From Gemmatimonadaceae bacterium (GTDB lineage: Bacteria; Gemmatimonadota; Gemmatimonadetes; Gemmatimonadales; Gemmatimonadaceae), in NCBI GenBank assembly GCA_051859245.1, contig JBHYGA010000010.1, positions 1 to 64,000 of the forward strand: DNA of 64,000 nt, in the 5' to 3' direction. The notes under the pieces were generated by a model. The model had not been told where the DNA came from. It worked only from the letters and a program-made list of their open reading frames with translations, and searched no databases. The stretch's first letter is position 1; each line of letters starts with the position of its first letter. A program made the translations under genes and the position numbers. Below are positions 53,088 to 62,699 of the stretch, one piece after another.

Positions 53088-53726
53088 ATGCACAGAAATC
53101 AGAAAGCAGCCCTGGCACTCACGATCGGGACAATCGGCACGTTCGTGACCATGGGTCTGCATCCAACAGGTGCGGAAACCATCAGCAACTCGGCAGGCGG
53201 CGGCGCCAACATGCTGGCGCGGGGTGTCCATGCGCTCGCCATCGCCATGCTACCGCTGGTGTTGACGGGCATGTTGTTGCTTACGTTGCAGTTGCGCGCG
53301 CAGTTTGAGTTGGCCGTGACCGCCTACACGTCGTATGCACTGGCGGTGTTTGCCGTGCTGGTGGCGGCCGCCGCCAGTGGCCTGCTCTCGCCGGCGATGG
53401 CCGACCACATGGCAACGACCGATGGTGCGGCACGTGACTTGGCGTTGCAACAGTTCCGTTTCTCCGGACAGATCAATCAGGCGTTCTCCAAGATCTACGT
53501 GTCGCTCAGCAGCCTTGCAATTGTGCTCTGGTCGATCGCAATGCGGGCTACGCCCCCGTTTTCCAGACTGCTCGTATCGCTGGGCGTGATTGTTGGGCTG
53601 CTCGGCATCGCTGGTATTTTCTCCGGACGGCTTCACCTGGGCGTTCACGGCTTTGGCCTGGTTGTGCTGGCCCAAGGGGTCTGGACCCTGTGGACGGCCC
53701 GGTCGCTGAGCGCAGCGCGGGAATAG
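53088..53726 (+). CDS. Integral membrane protein of unknown function, divergent from tetR
   Basis: GGAG SD; about 6 hydrophobic segments with intramembrane His (LHPT, VHALAI, LHLGVHG). Confidence 0.75.
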   Translation: MHRNQKAALALTIGTIGTFVTMGLHPTGAETISNSAGGGANMLARGVHALAIAMLPLVLTGMLLLTLQLRAQFELAVTAYTSYALAVFAVLVAAAASGLLSPAMADHMATTDGAARDLALQQFRFSGQINQAFSKIYVSLSSLAIVLWSIAMRATPPFSRLLVSLGVIVGLLGIAGIFSGRLHLGVHGFGLVVLAQGVWTLWTARSLSAARE

Positions 53727-53768
53727 CTCCAGCATTGCGTCCGTCGCGTGCCATTGTCAGAATGTGGC

Positions 53769-54224
53769 ATGCGAAAGCACGTACTTCTTTATGGACTACT
53801 GTGCGGCGTGCTCATCGCCGCGCTGCAGTTCATTGAGTATCGCTGGATCGTAGTTGAGCACTCCATTCAGATTTACGGAGCGCTAGTGGCCGCCCTGTTC
53901 GCCACGCTCGGCCTGTGGCTCGGCAATCGCCTCACCAGGCCCAAAGCGCCGGCACCTGAAGTTGTCGTTCGGGAGGTCCTGATCCCGGCGCCGACCATGT
54001 TCGTGCGCGACGAACAGCAGGTGGCCGCACTTGGGCTCACACCTCGCGAGCTGGAGATTCTCGCGCTCATCGCCGACGGCCTGAGCAATCGGGAAATCGC
54101 CGCGCGCGTGTTTGTCAGCGAGAATACGGTGAAGACGCACTCGAGCCGCGTATTCGGCAAACTCGGCGCCCAGCGGCGGACGCAAGCCGTGCAGCGGGGC
54201 AAGGAGCTGCGGCTGATCCCGTGA
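53769..54224 (+). CDS. LuxR-type HTH regulator with two N-terminal TM helices
   Basis: Two hydrophobic helices; LTPRELEIL..GLSNREIA..VSENTVKTH. Confidence 0.9.
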   Translation: MRKHVLLYGLLCGVLIAALQFIEYRWIVVEHSIQIYGALVAALFATLGLWLGNRLTRPKAPAPEVVVREVLIPAPTMFVRDEQQVAALGLTPRELEILALIADGLSNREIAARVFVSENTVKTHSSRVFGKLGAQRRTQAVQRGKELRLIP

Positions 54225-54238
54225 CGGCTGCGACTTTC

Positions 54239-54282
54239 GGGTGATTTTTGGCCGTCAGATGGAAAATCACCCATTTGGGTGA
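54239..54282. promoter_or_regulatory. Paired inverted boxes upstream of the DUF4199 gene
   Basis: GGGTGATTTT...AAAATCACCC, and TCACCC-attt-GGGTGA. Confidence 0.62.
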
Positions 54283-54340
54283 CGCGATGGAAGACCGCAG
54301 GTCGCTAGAATCGGCCTTCCTTCAACCTTCGGGACCTCAC

Positions 54341-54865
54341 ATGCAAAAAATCGTGCTCACGTTTGGACTCATTGCCGGCGCCATGCTGTCGGTGATGATG
54401 CTGCTCACCATACCGTTCATGGAGCAGATTGGCTTCGACAAAGGCATGCTCATCGGCTACACCACGATGGTGCTGTCTTTCATGATGGTGTACTTCGGTG
54501 TGCGTTCCTATCGCGACAATGTGGCCGGCGGGACGGTGACGTTCGGTCGCGCATTCAATGTGGGCATCATGATCACGGCGCTGGCCAGCTTGTGTTATGT
54601 CGCCACCTGGCAACTGGTCTATCACAAGATCTCGCCGGACTTCTTCGAGAAGTACTCAGCCTATACGCTCGACAAAGCAAAAGCCGGTGGTGCCACCGAG
54701 GCCGAGCTTGCCGCCCAGGCCGCGGAAATGGCCCGCTTCAACGAGATGTACAAGAATCCGCTCGTCAACATGGGCATCACGTTTCTCGAGCCGCTCCCGG
54801 TTGGCCTGCTGTTTACACTGGTCACAGCAGGCCTGCTGAGCCGGAAGCGGCGAAGCGAGGGTTAG
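54341..54865 (+). CDS. DUF4199-like membrane protein
   Basis: GYTTMVL, GVRSYRDN..GG..TFGRAF, PDFFEKY; 4 TM. Confidence 0.82.
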   Translation: MQKIVLTFGLIAGAMLSVMMLLTIPFMEQIGFDKGMLIGYTTMVLSFMMVYFGVRSYRDNVAGGTVTFGRAFNVGIMITALASLCYVATWQLVYHKISPDFFEKYSAYTLDKAKAGGATEAELAAQAAEMARFNEMYKNPLVNMGITFLEPLPVGLLFTLVTAGLLSRKRRSEG

Positions 54866-55425
54866 TTGCAGCGCACGTTGGGATTGAATGGTGTGTAGAG
54901 GCCATTGGGATTGGCTTCGTACAGCCACACGTGCAAGCTCCAGTGCGGCACACCCTGCTGCGTGAGCACCGGAACGCCACCAATGTCGAACGGCTGTCCG
55001 TCGAATGACGGCCGTTCCTGTCCTACGTTGATCACAATGTATTCCGCACCAACAATCTTCTTTGCGTTGCCCTTCGCCGGCGCGTAGAGCAGCGCTTCAG
55101 GCTTGGTGGCATCAAACACCGGATCAACCAGGCTGGCGTTCACCCAATGCGCACCCATGCCACCTAGCTGCGGATGTGCCACACAATGCGGATCGATCAC
55201 GTATCCGGCCATCAGCGCCTGCTGGTTCGAGTGAAAACGCGACGTGCTCTGACGGGCGGCCTTGTACATGTCGCCCGCCACAGCCGTAACAGCAGTTGAC
55301 GCGTGATTGGCGTGCGCCGTGAGGTGATCAACAGCGGTTGGTGCAGACATTTCGTCGCAGGCAACGAGTGACAGCATGGTGATGACAACCAGCGCTGTAG
55401 GCTTGAACAACGTTCGATTCAACAT
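54862..55425 (-). CDS. Putative lipoprotein with conserved-looking His motifs
   Basis: GAGGA SD; lipobox LVAC; GGMGAHW, PEALLY, LHVWLY..NPNG..FNP. Confidence 0.72.
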   Translation of the reverse strand: MLNRTLFKPTALVVITMLSLVACDEMSAPTAVDHLTAHANHASTAVTAVAGDMYKAARQSTSRFHSNQQALMAGYVIDPHCVAHPQLGGMGAHWVNASLVDPVFDATKPEALLYAPAKGNAKKIVGAEYIVINVGQERPSFDGQPFDIGGVPVLTQQGVPHWSLHVWLYEANPNGLYTPFNPNVRCN

Positions 55426-55625
55426 GATGAGAGATCCTCAATGTGGGGTGATACTTCGGTGCGCCACATGATCATCATCTCGTGATGGCAACAACAGGGA
55501 CATAAGACCCATCAGCATCCGGATCCCGTGCGACGTGAACGCTGGGTCAAATGTCCCACGGATCAACGCGCGCCATGCGTAGTGTGAGCAGACACTCTGT
55601 CCAACGCTTCTGCACACACCTGAAC

Positions 55626-56192
55626 ATGCGCACTTTTCGGTATCCCCACAGCATCAGTAACGGCGCCGGTGAAACGCTCACGTTTACGCGCCGCGTACCT
55701 GGCAAGACAGGGCCACGTCTGGAAGGCTACAATGTTGTTGCCCCAGGTCAGGGTCCGGTCATGCACGTGCACCATTACCAGGAAGAAGCGCTTACCGTAC
55801 GACAGGGAACCATCGGGTATCAACGACTCGGCGAAGTCGAGCAGTTTGCCGGCGTAGGCGAAACCGTCACCTTCAAAGCCGGCGAAGCTCACCGTTTCTG
55901 GAATGCCGGAACTGATGAACTGCGCTGCGACGCCTACATCGAGCCCGCTGACAACATCGAATATTTCCTCAGCGAGATCTTTGACTCGGCGCGTCGTGCC
56001 GGATCGCATCGTCCTGACCTGTTTGAGGCCGCGTATCTCACGCGCCGATATCGCAGCGAGTTCGGAATGTTGGAGATTCCTGAGTTCGTGCAGCGGTTTG
56101 TGTTTCCTTTTCTCATCCTGATCGGTCACTTGCTTGGGCGATACGAGCGTTATGCCGATGCTCCCGAGCCGATCCGGCGATCAATGCGGTGA
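55626..56192 (+). CDS. Cupin domain protein
   Basis: PVMHVHHYQEE...GEAHRFWN. Confidence 0.85.
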   Translation: MRTFRYPHSISNGAGETLTFTRRVPGKTGPRLEGYNVVAPGQGPVMHVHHYQEEALTVRQGTIGYQRLGEVEQFAGVGETVTFKAGEAHRFWNAGTDELRCDAYIEPADNIEYFLSEIFDSARRAGSHRPDLFEAAYLTRRYRSEFGMLEIPEFVQRFVFPFLILIGHLLGRYERYADAPEPIRRSMR

Positions 56193-56280
56193 CTCTCGCC
56201 GCTTACCTCGGCCCTTTCCAATCGCATGGCGCGGGTTACCTTATCGCGACCGAGATTGTTCTTCAGCCGAGGAAAGTTTT

Positions 56281-59064
56281 ACGTCGCCCACCGATTTTAG
56301 TGAAGCCGCGCGACTTCGCGCGCTCCGCAGGCTGCGCGTTCTTGATACACCGCGCGAAGCCGCGTTTGATGACATTACAGCGCTCTGCACGAAGATCTTC
56401 GGTGCGCCAATGTCCACCGTCACATTTGTGGACGCGCACCGCCAGTGGTTCAAGTCGGTGGTGGGCATTGGTGTTCGTGAAACAGATCTTCAATCATCTA
56501 TCTGTGTTCACGCCGTCTCACAGAATGAACCGCTGATCATTCCAGACACGCGGCTGGATGCGCGCTGTGTTGCGAATCCGAGCGTGACCGGCGCGCTCAA
56601 CGTGCGCGCGTACGCCGGGATTCCGCTGCAACTCGACAGCGGCGAACGTGTTGGGACGCTCACCGTGATGGATCACGAGCCGCGTGAGTTTTCGCCGGAA
56701 CAAATTGAAATGCTGATCGCGCTTGCGCGCGCCGTGGTAACCCAACTGCAGTTGCGCCTGCAGCAACAGGCGCTTCAGGACGTCTCGTTGCACTACGAAG
56801 AAGCGCAGAGAATCGCGGGCGTGGGTAGCTGGACGCTCGATCTCGCGACCAACACCCTGCAGTGGACCGACGAGATCTATCGCATATTCGGCGTGCAGCG
56901 CGAGCATTTTACGGCGACGTTTGAGGGATTTCTGTCATTCGTGCATCCCGACGATCGCGACGCCATGCTCAGCGCGCAGGCGGAGGCGCTCAACACGACC
57001 GGAATTCTGGATCTGGAACATCGGATCGTACAACCAGGCGGTGCGGTGCGCGTGGTGCATGAGCGTGGACGACTGATCGCGGATCCCGCGCTCGATGAAC
57101 AAACGCTCACCGGCACCGTGCAGGATGTCACCGATCGTGTTGAAGCACGACAACTGCTCCTCGCACAGGAGGAGAACTACCGGCTCCTGTTCGAGGCGCA
57201 TCCCAAGCCGGTGTGGGTGTACGACGAAGAGACACTGCAGTTTCTCGCCGTGAATGAGGCAGCCGTTCAACGCTACGGATGGAGCCGCACCGAGTTCTCG
57301 AACATGACGGTGCTGGATTTGCGCGATCCGCAGGAGCATCCGGCGTTGCTGCGTCAGATCGCTGATACGACCGCAGGTCCTCGTAAAAGCGGCTACTGGC
57401 GTCATGTCACGAAGCGCGGAACCGAACTCTGGGTGGAAATTTTCTCCAACTCGCTGCGGTATAACAATCGACCAGCCCGTCTGGTGGTCGCCAGTGATGT
57501 CACGGCGCGGCGGCGTGCCGAACTTGAACTCCAGCGCGCCGACTCCTTGCGGCGTGTCGCTTCGCGCGCCGCGGGTCTTGGCGGCTGGGCACTGGATGTT
57601 GGAGTCCGTGATGTGCGCCTGAGTGAAGAAGCCTGTCGGCTGTTCGACGCGCCAGAGAACTATCAGATTTCGCTGGACGACTGCCTCGATCTTGTGGTTC
57701 CGGATTCGCGAGACACAGTCTCCGCACTGGTCGCGAAGTGCATTCGTGACGGCGAATCGTTTGATATCGAATGTGAGCTGGTTTCACTGGCCGGTCGTCG
57801 TTTTTGGGCGCGATTGATCGGGGAGGCGGAGCGTGACGCCAATGGTGCGATCGCCCAAATTGGCGGTGGCGTGCAGGACATCACGGATCGACGCAAACTG
57901 GAGCAACAGTTTCTGCGTGCGCAGCGCATGGAAAGCATCGGAACGCTGGCGGGCGGAATCGCGCACGACCTCAACAACGTGCTCACGCCGATTCTGATGT
58001 CGATCGAGCTCCTGCGCGAGTCACTCACTGATGACGAGCGGAACGCGACCCTGGACTCGATCCAGACCAGCGCGAAACGTGGTGCGGAGATGGTCAGTCA
58101 GGTCTTGTCGTTCGCTCGTGGCGTTGAAGGGCGTCGTATCGCGATTTCGCCACAATTGCTGTTCGAAGATATGCGGCGATTAGTCGTAGACACGTTCCCC
58201 CGCAGCATTTCAGTGCACGCGGAGGTGGCGCCAGATACGCCAGCCATTGCCGGAGATCCGACGCAGCTCCATCAGGTCCTGCTCAATCTCGCGGTGAACG
58301 CACGTGACGCGATGCCCGACGGCGGCAACCTGCGATTCACTGCGCGACCGCTGCTCATCGATTCACTTTCGAGCGCGACCTCCCCTCAGCTTGAGGCGGG
58401 ATTGTATGTGGTGCTGAGCGTTGAAGATTCGGGTACGGGTATCGCATCGGATCAGTTGAATCGGATCTTCGACCCATTCTTCACCACCAAAGACGTCGGT
58501 AAGGGCACCGGCCTCGGCCTCAGCACATCACTAGCCATCGTGCGCAGTCACGGCGGCACACTCCAGGCCTATAGCGAGTTAGGGCGAGGCACAACCTTTC
58601 GCGCCTACCTCCCTGCCGCTACAGATGCGGCGACGACCGTTGCGTTGTTGCCCGCGTCTGAACTGCCGCGCGGTCATGGCGAGCTGGTGCTGGTCGTCGA
58701 CGACGAAGCGGCAGTCCGTGAGATCACCCGCCAGACACTGGAAACGTTCGGCTACCGTGTTATGGTCGCGTGCGATGGCGCAGAGGGAGTGGCGGTGTAC
58801 GCCGCGCACAGCGCCGAGATCGCGCTGGTACTGACCGACATGATGATGCCGGTGATGGACGGCTTGACCATGATTCACGTGTTGCGCCGACTCAAGCCAG
58901 ACGTGTGCATTGTGGCCGCGAGTGGTCTGGCTGCCAATGGTAGTGTCGCCAAAGCCGCCAACGCAGGTGTGCAGCACTTTCTGCCCAAGCCGTACACGGC
59001 GTCCACGCTACTGAACGTACTGCAGACCGTTCTTCGAGACAGCCGAGAGCGTCGCGAGTCGTAA
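56281..59064 (+). CDS. GAF-PAS-PAS-PAS hybrid histidine kinase with receiver domain; start uncertain
   Basis: EAARLRAL..LDTPREAAFD GAF; AGGIAHDLNN; NLAVNARDAM; DPFFTTK..GTGLGL; receiver. The ORF track start 56134 overlaps the cupin gene; ACG 56281 follows a GAGGA SD. Confidence 0.88.
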   Translation, partial: TSPTDFSEAARLRALRRLRVLDTPREAAFDDITALCTKIFGAPMSTVTFVDAHRQWFKSVVGIGVRETDLQSSICVHAVSQNEPLIIPDTRLDARCVANPSVTGALNVRAYAGIPLQLDSGERVGTLTVMDHEPREFSPEQIEMLIALARAVVTQLQLRLQQQALQDVSLHYEEAQRIAGVGSWTLDLATNTLQWTDEIYRIFGVQREHFTATFEGFLSFVHPDDRDAMLSAQAEALNTTGILDLEHRIVQPGGAVRVVHERGRLIADPALDEQTLTGTVQDVTDRVEARQLLLAQEENYRLLFEAHPKPVWVYDEETLQFLAVNEAAVQRYGWSRTEFSNMTVLDLRDPQEHPALLRQIADTTAGPRKSGYWRHVTKRGTELWVEIFSNSLRYNNRPARLVVASDVTARRRAELELQRADSLRRVASRAAGLGGWALDVGVRDVRLSEEACRLFDAPENYQISLDDCLDLVVPDSRDTVSALVAKCIRDGESFDIECELVSLAGRRFWARLIGEAERDANGAIAQIGGGVQDITDRRKLEQQFLRAQRMESIGTLAGGIAHDLNNVLTPILMSIELLRESLTDDERNATLDSIQTSAKRGAEMVSQVLSFARGVEGRRIAISPQLLFEDMRRLVVDTFPRSISVHAEVAPDTPAIAGDPTQLHQVLLNLAVNARDAMPDGGNLRFTARPLLIDSLSSATSPQLEAGLYVVLSVEDSGTGIASDQLNRIFDPFFTTKDVGKGTGLGLSTSLAIVRSHGGTLQAYSELGRGTTFRAYLPAATDAATTVALLPASELPRGHGELVLVVDDEAAVREITRQTLETFGYRVMVACDGAEGVAVYAAHSAEIALVLTDMMMPVMDGLTMIHVLRRLKPDVCIVAASGLAANGSVAKAANAGVQHFLPKPYTASTLLNVLQTVLRDSRERRES

Positions 59065-59068
59065 ACGT

Positions 59069-59105
59069 ACGAACCCGGGCGACACACTGTGCCGCCCGGG
59101 TTCGT
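59069..59105. terminator. Long hairpin between convergent genes
   Basis: ACGAACCCGGGCG...CGCCCGGGTTCGT 13-bp perfect arms; no U-tract. Confidence 0.6.
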
Positions 59106-59131
59106 CAACGCAAGACAACACGCGTTTCAGC

Positions 59132-61597
59132 TTACGGCCACGGCAGCGTGATGACCGGATAGCGGGTGCGCTTGGCCGGATCGTCATCGCCAGCCATGAA
59201 TCGCGCAATATCCCGGCGCGCGCTGCTGCGATGCGCAGCGTCCGCACCGACTGCACCCGGAGCTCCGGCGAGACGTGCGTCAAGCTGTGCGAGATGATGC
59301 GCAGCAATGGCTCGTACCTCCGGCATGGCGCTCGTGTCGCCGGCGAGATCGAGCAGCGCGTCAAGCGCCGCACGCTGCGTGGCGCGCGCGTACACAGCCA
59401 GCGTTGGCGCGCTTTCTGTTGCGCCCCACGTACGGCTGAGAATGGTGTTGATGGTTTCATCCAGACTGAGCGCGTTCGCGTCGCGCGCACTGAACGTCAC
59501 AAGCCGTGCCGCGCGAGACGCGTCCAGCAAGCCGCTCAGTACTTCCGTCGCCAGTCCACCGGCGAGTGTTACCGCGTCGAACGCCGTGCCTGCATTGCTG
59601 CCAATCCACGTCATCTCGCCGCCCATACCCGGCGGCGACGGTGGGATCATGGCCGCGATGCGCGTGGGCACCGCCAGCTCAGAGGGCTTGAGTGCATCCA
59701 GCGCCATGGTCAGGGCGCGACGCTGTGCATCGGCGGGCACGACCGTGGTCGGCGTTTGGCCATCGCCACGAATCGCATAGCGAAAATCCATGCCGCCAAC
59801 ATTCTTGATCAATCCCTCGAGCGAATATCGGTGATGCAAATACACGTGCGCGAATCGCATGTTGAGCAGATGCATCGGCTCACCAGGCTTGATCGCACGC
59901 TCATCGAACTTGTCCATCAGCACACGTCGCACTTGCGAGGTGCGCGTGGCGGCGTCAAACATCGTCGTGCCTTCAACCCAACGGGTGACTTCCGGGATCG
60001 AACCTTCCGGACCGGCGTGCGCGTCACCCACATAGCGAAGGTTGCGCGACAGCATTTCACGAATCACCGCTGCGTTCCCAGCACTCTCTGCGGCAGCGTT
60101 CGGATACCAGCGGTATCCGTACCGCACAGCGATTGAGTCCCACGCACCAGGTCCTTCGCGGTATGCATTGCGCAGATCCGGCGTGCCGTCCGACGCCAAC
60201 GTGATGAGCGGCACCGGATAGTCCATCACCGACGCGCGCCCCTGCGACGACGCGATGAAGTTGTGACCCAGGCCCAGCGTGTGTCCGATTTCATGCGCCG
60301 TGTGCTGTCGGCGTCGCGCCATCGTGAACGCTTCGGCGCTCACATTCGGACCATTTGCACCCGACGCGGGCACGGTGCCAGCCCAGATGTTGTAGTCCAC
60401 GAGCGAACGCCAGGCATCCATGCGAACCACGGTGCGTACAATTTCGCCGGTGCGAGGATCGCTGTAACTCGGACCCACTGACGGGCCGGGCCCGGTGCGA
60501 TGAATCCAGTAGAGCATGTTGTAGCGCGCATCCATGGGATCGGCATCGGCCGGCAGATCGCGCACGGAAAATGCGTTCTTGAAGCCCGCCGCCTCAAACA
60601 CCTTGGCCCACCAGTTGCCACCTTCGCGGAAGGCTTCCCGATACGGTGATGGAATGCCAGGATCGAGATAGTAGACAATTGGCGTGATGGGCTCGACCAG
60701 TTCACCGCGCGCGTAGGCGGCAGGATCCTTGGGCACCAGACGCCAGCGGTTGATGAAGCCATCGCGATACTGCTGATCAAATCCCTGCGAGAGATCTGCG
60801 AACTGTGTGCCAAAGAATCCCACGCGTGGATCGAAGGCGCGCGGCTTGAACCCTGCAGTGTCTGGCAACACCACCAGCGAGTGATGCTGCTCAAACGTCA
60901 TCGCGCGTGCATCGGGCGCAACGCGACGCGCGGCAGCCGACGGTGCGTCTGATGTGAACGTGAGCACGGCGTGCACTTCGGCATTCTTCGGAAAGCTCTT
61001 GGTGCGTTCCGTGTCGAACCAGCTGCGTGTCGCGTCGACGCGATACGCACCGCCACCCTGCCCGCCGCGCAAGCCGTCCGCCACGCCATACACGTCGGAA
61101 AGAAAGAACGAGGTGGCATCAATCGTTATCACACCACCCGTTTCACCATCAATCGTGAACGACGCAATCACAGAACTGGGAAACGCTTCGCGTGCCGCTC
61201 GCTGACCGGCTTCGTTGGCCCCTGGTGCGCGCACACCAAGATTGTCGCGCACCATCAGAATACGCGCGCCGCGTCGCTCCAGGCGAACCACAAAATTGGC
61301 TCCGGTCTGACCACGATCGAGTGACCCGGTGCCCAGTCCGGTCGCGAGTGTGTTCTGATACAGAAAGTCACGACCAAGCTGCACTGCCGGAATTTCGAGA
61401 AACAGCTTGTTGCGGGCTTCGTCCACCCGCACGCGAAGGAACGGATCGTCCTGTGCGGGGATTGTTGTGGAGGTGGAACTGAACGCACTGACCTCCAGCG
61501 CGTGAGCCGGCACGCTCATCGTCAGCGCGAGCACCAACGCTCCAACCAGAAGGCGCGCGCGTGGCGCGTGAGAGCTCGGATTCATCACTGCAGACAT
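59132..61597 (-). CDS. Secreted zinc metalloprotease (DUF5117/DUF4953-type)
   Basis: HEIGHTLGLGHNF, SVMDYP Met-turn, PRAFDPRVGFF, DPRTGEI; GAGGT SD before ATG 61597. Confidence 0.9.
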   Translation of the reverse strand: MSAVMNPSSHAPRARLLVGALVLALTMSVPAHALEVSAFSSTSTTIPAQDDPFLRVRVDEARNKLFLEIPAVQLGRDFLYQNTLATGLGTGSLDRGQTGANFVVRLERRGARILMVRDNLGVRAPGANEAGQRAAREAFPSSVIASFTIDGETGGVITIDATSFFLSDVYGVADGLRGGQGGGAYRVDATRSWFDTERTKSFPKNAEVHAVLTFTSDAPSAAARRVAPDARAMTFEQHHSLVVLPDTAGFKPRAFDPRVGFFGTQFADLSQGFDQQYRDGFINRWRLVPKDPAAYARGELVEPITPIVYYLDPGIPSPYREAFREGGNWWAKVFEAAGFKNAFSVRDLPADADPMDARYNMLYWIHRTGPGPSVGPSYSDPRTGEIVRTVVRMDAWRSLVDYNIWAGTVPASGANGPNVSAEAFTMARRRQHTAHEIGHTLGLGHNFIASSQGRASVMDYPVPLITLASDGTPDLRNAYREGPGAWDSIAVRYGYRWYPNAAAESAGNAAVIREMLSRNLRYVGDAHAGPEGSIPEVTRWVEGTTMFDAATRTSQVRRVLMDKFDERAIKPGEPMHLLNMRFAHVYLHHRYSLEGLIKNVGGMDFRYAIRGDGQTPTTVVPADAQRRALTMALDALKPSELAVPTRIAAMIPPSPPGMGGEMTWIGSNAGTAFDAVTLAGGLATEVLSGLLDASRAARLVTFSARDANALSLDETINTILSRTWGATESAPTLAVYARATQRAALDALLDLAGDTSAMPEVRAIAAHHLAQLDARLAGAPGAVGADAAHRSSARRDIARFMAGDDDPAKRTRYPVITLPWP

Positions 61598-61637
61598 CGG
61601 GAACCTCAACGTGTGTGAACGGGCTGGGTACGAAACG

Positions 61638-62606
61638 TCAAACATCGGCATGCGGGTGCTGCGCGGCGTGCGCGTCGATCACGGCTTGCGCAGCTTCTCG
61701 CGGATCATCGGTCATCATGATCAGATCCAGGTCTCCCGGCGAGATCTTGCCTTCGCCAGCCACGCGCGAATGCAGCCAGCGCACGAGACCCGCCCAGTAA
61801 TGGCGACCGAAAAGAATGACCGGAAACTGATATATTTTTCCGCACTGAATGAGCGTGAGCGCTTCGAAAAATTCGTCGAGCGTTCCGAATCCGCCCGGAA
61901 AGATGATGAACGCGTTCGAATACTTCACGAACATCGTCTTGCGAACAAAGAAGTACCGAAAGTTGACCAGCGTATCCACGTAGGGATTGGCGCCTTGCTC
62001 AAAGGGCAGTTCAATGTTGCACCCGATACTCTGTCCGCCCGCGTCTTTGGCGCCGCGATTGGCCGCTTCCATGATGCCGGGGCCGGCGCCGGTGATGATG
62101 GCAAAACCTGACTCGGCAAGTAGCCGCGCAACTTCACGTGCGTGGGCGTACTGGATGTCATCGGGGCTCGTGCGTGCGCTGCCAAAGATCGACACACCCT
62201 TCGATACATGGGCGAGTGCGTCAAATCCTTCAACGACTTCGCTGAACACGCGCATCGCGCGCCACGGATCAGTTTGCCTGAATCCGTCGGACGGATCGGG
62301 GCTGTGCAACAACTTCTCGTCTTCCGTCAGCACGGGTACGTTGCGAATGGAGACGTCCACCTCCGAGAGCGCGCGTCGCGGATGGCGCTCAGCGCGTGTC
62401 CCCTTCGACACGAGCGGCAACGCATCCGGCTCACGACCGGCCGCACGATGTCCTTCTTCCGTGCGGAGCTGGTATTGGGTCACGGAGTTCAGCTCGGCCT
62501 GCTCACGGACTTCCGGCGTGGCTGGTTTTCCCGACGCTGTTTTCGGTCCGCGTGACCTGCCCTTCACGATCGCTGTCTTTTTTCCTGTCCCGCGAGGACT
62601 TGCCAT
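61638..62606 (-). CDS. LOG family (TIGR00730) nucleotide phosphoribohydrolase with a long N-terminal extension
   Basis: FGSAR, GAGPGIMEA, FRYFFVRKTMF, PGGFGTLDE. Confidence 0.9.
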   Translation of the reverse strand: MASPRGTGKKTAIVKGRSRGPKTASGKPATPEVREQAELNSVTQYQLRTEEGHRAAGREPDALPLVSKGTRAERHPRRALSEVDVSIRNVPVLTEDEKLLHSPDPSDGFRQTDPWRAMRVFSEVVEGFDALAHVSKGVSIFGSARTSPDDIQYAHAREVARLLAESGFAIITGAGPGIMEAANRGAKDAGGQSIGCNIELPFEQGANPYVDTLVNFRYFFVRKTMFVKYSNAFIIFPGGFGTLDEFFEALTLIQCGKIYQFPVILFGRHYWAGLVRWLHSRVAGEGKISPGDLDLIMMTDDPREAAQAVIDAHAAQHPHADV

Positions 62607-62699
62607 AACACAAGGGTGGGAGGAACGCCGCACTGTCCTTCACAGGGCGTCCATGCAAGCTACGCCGTCGGTCGCGGTACACGCCACCGGAGCTGGCAA

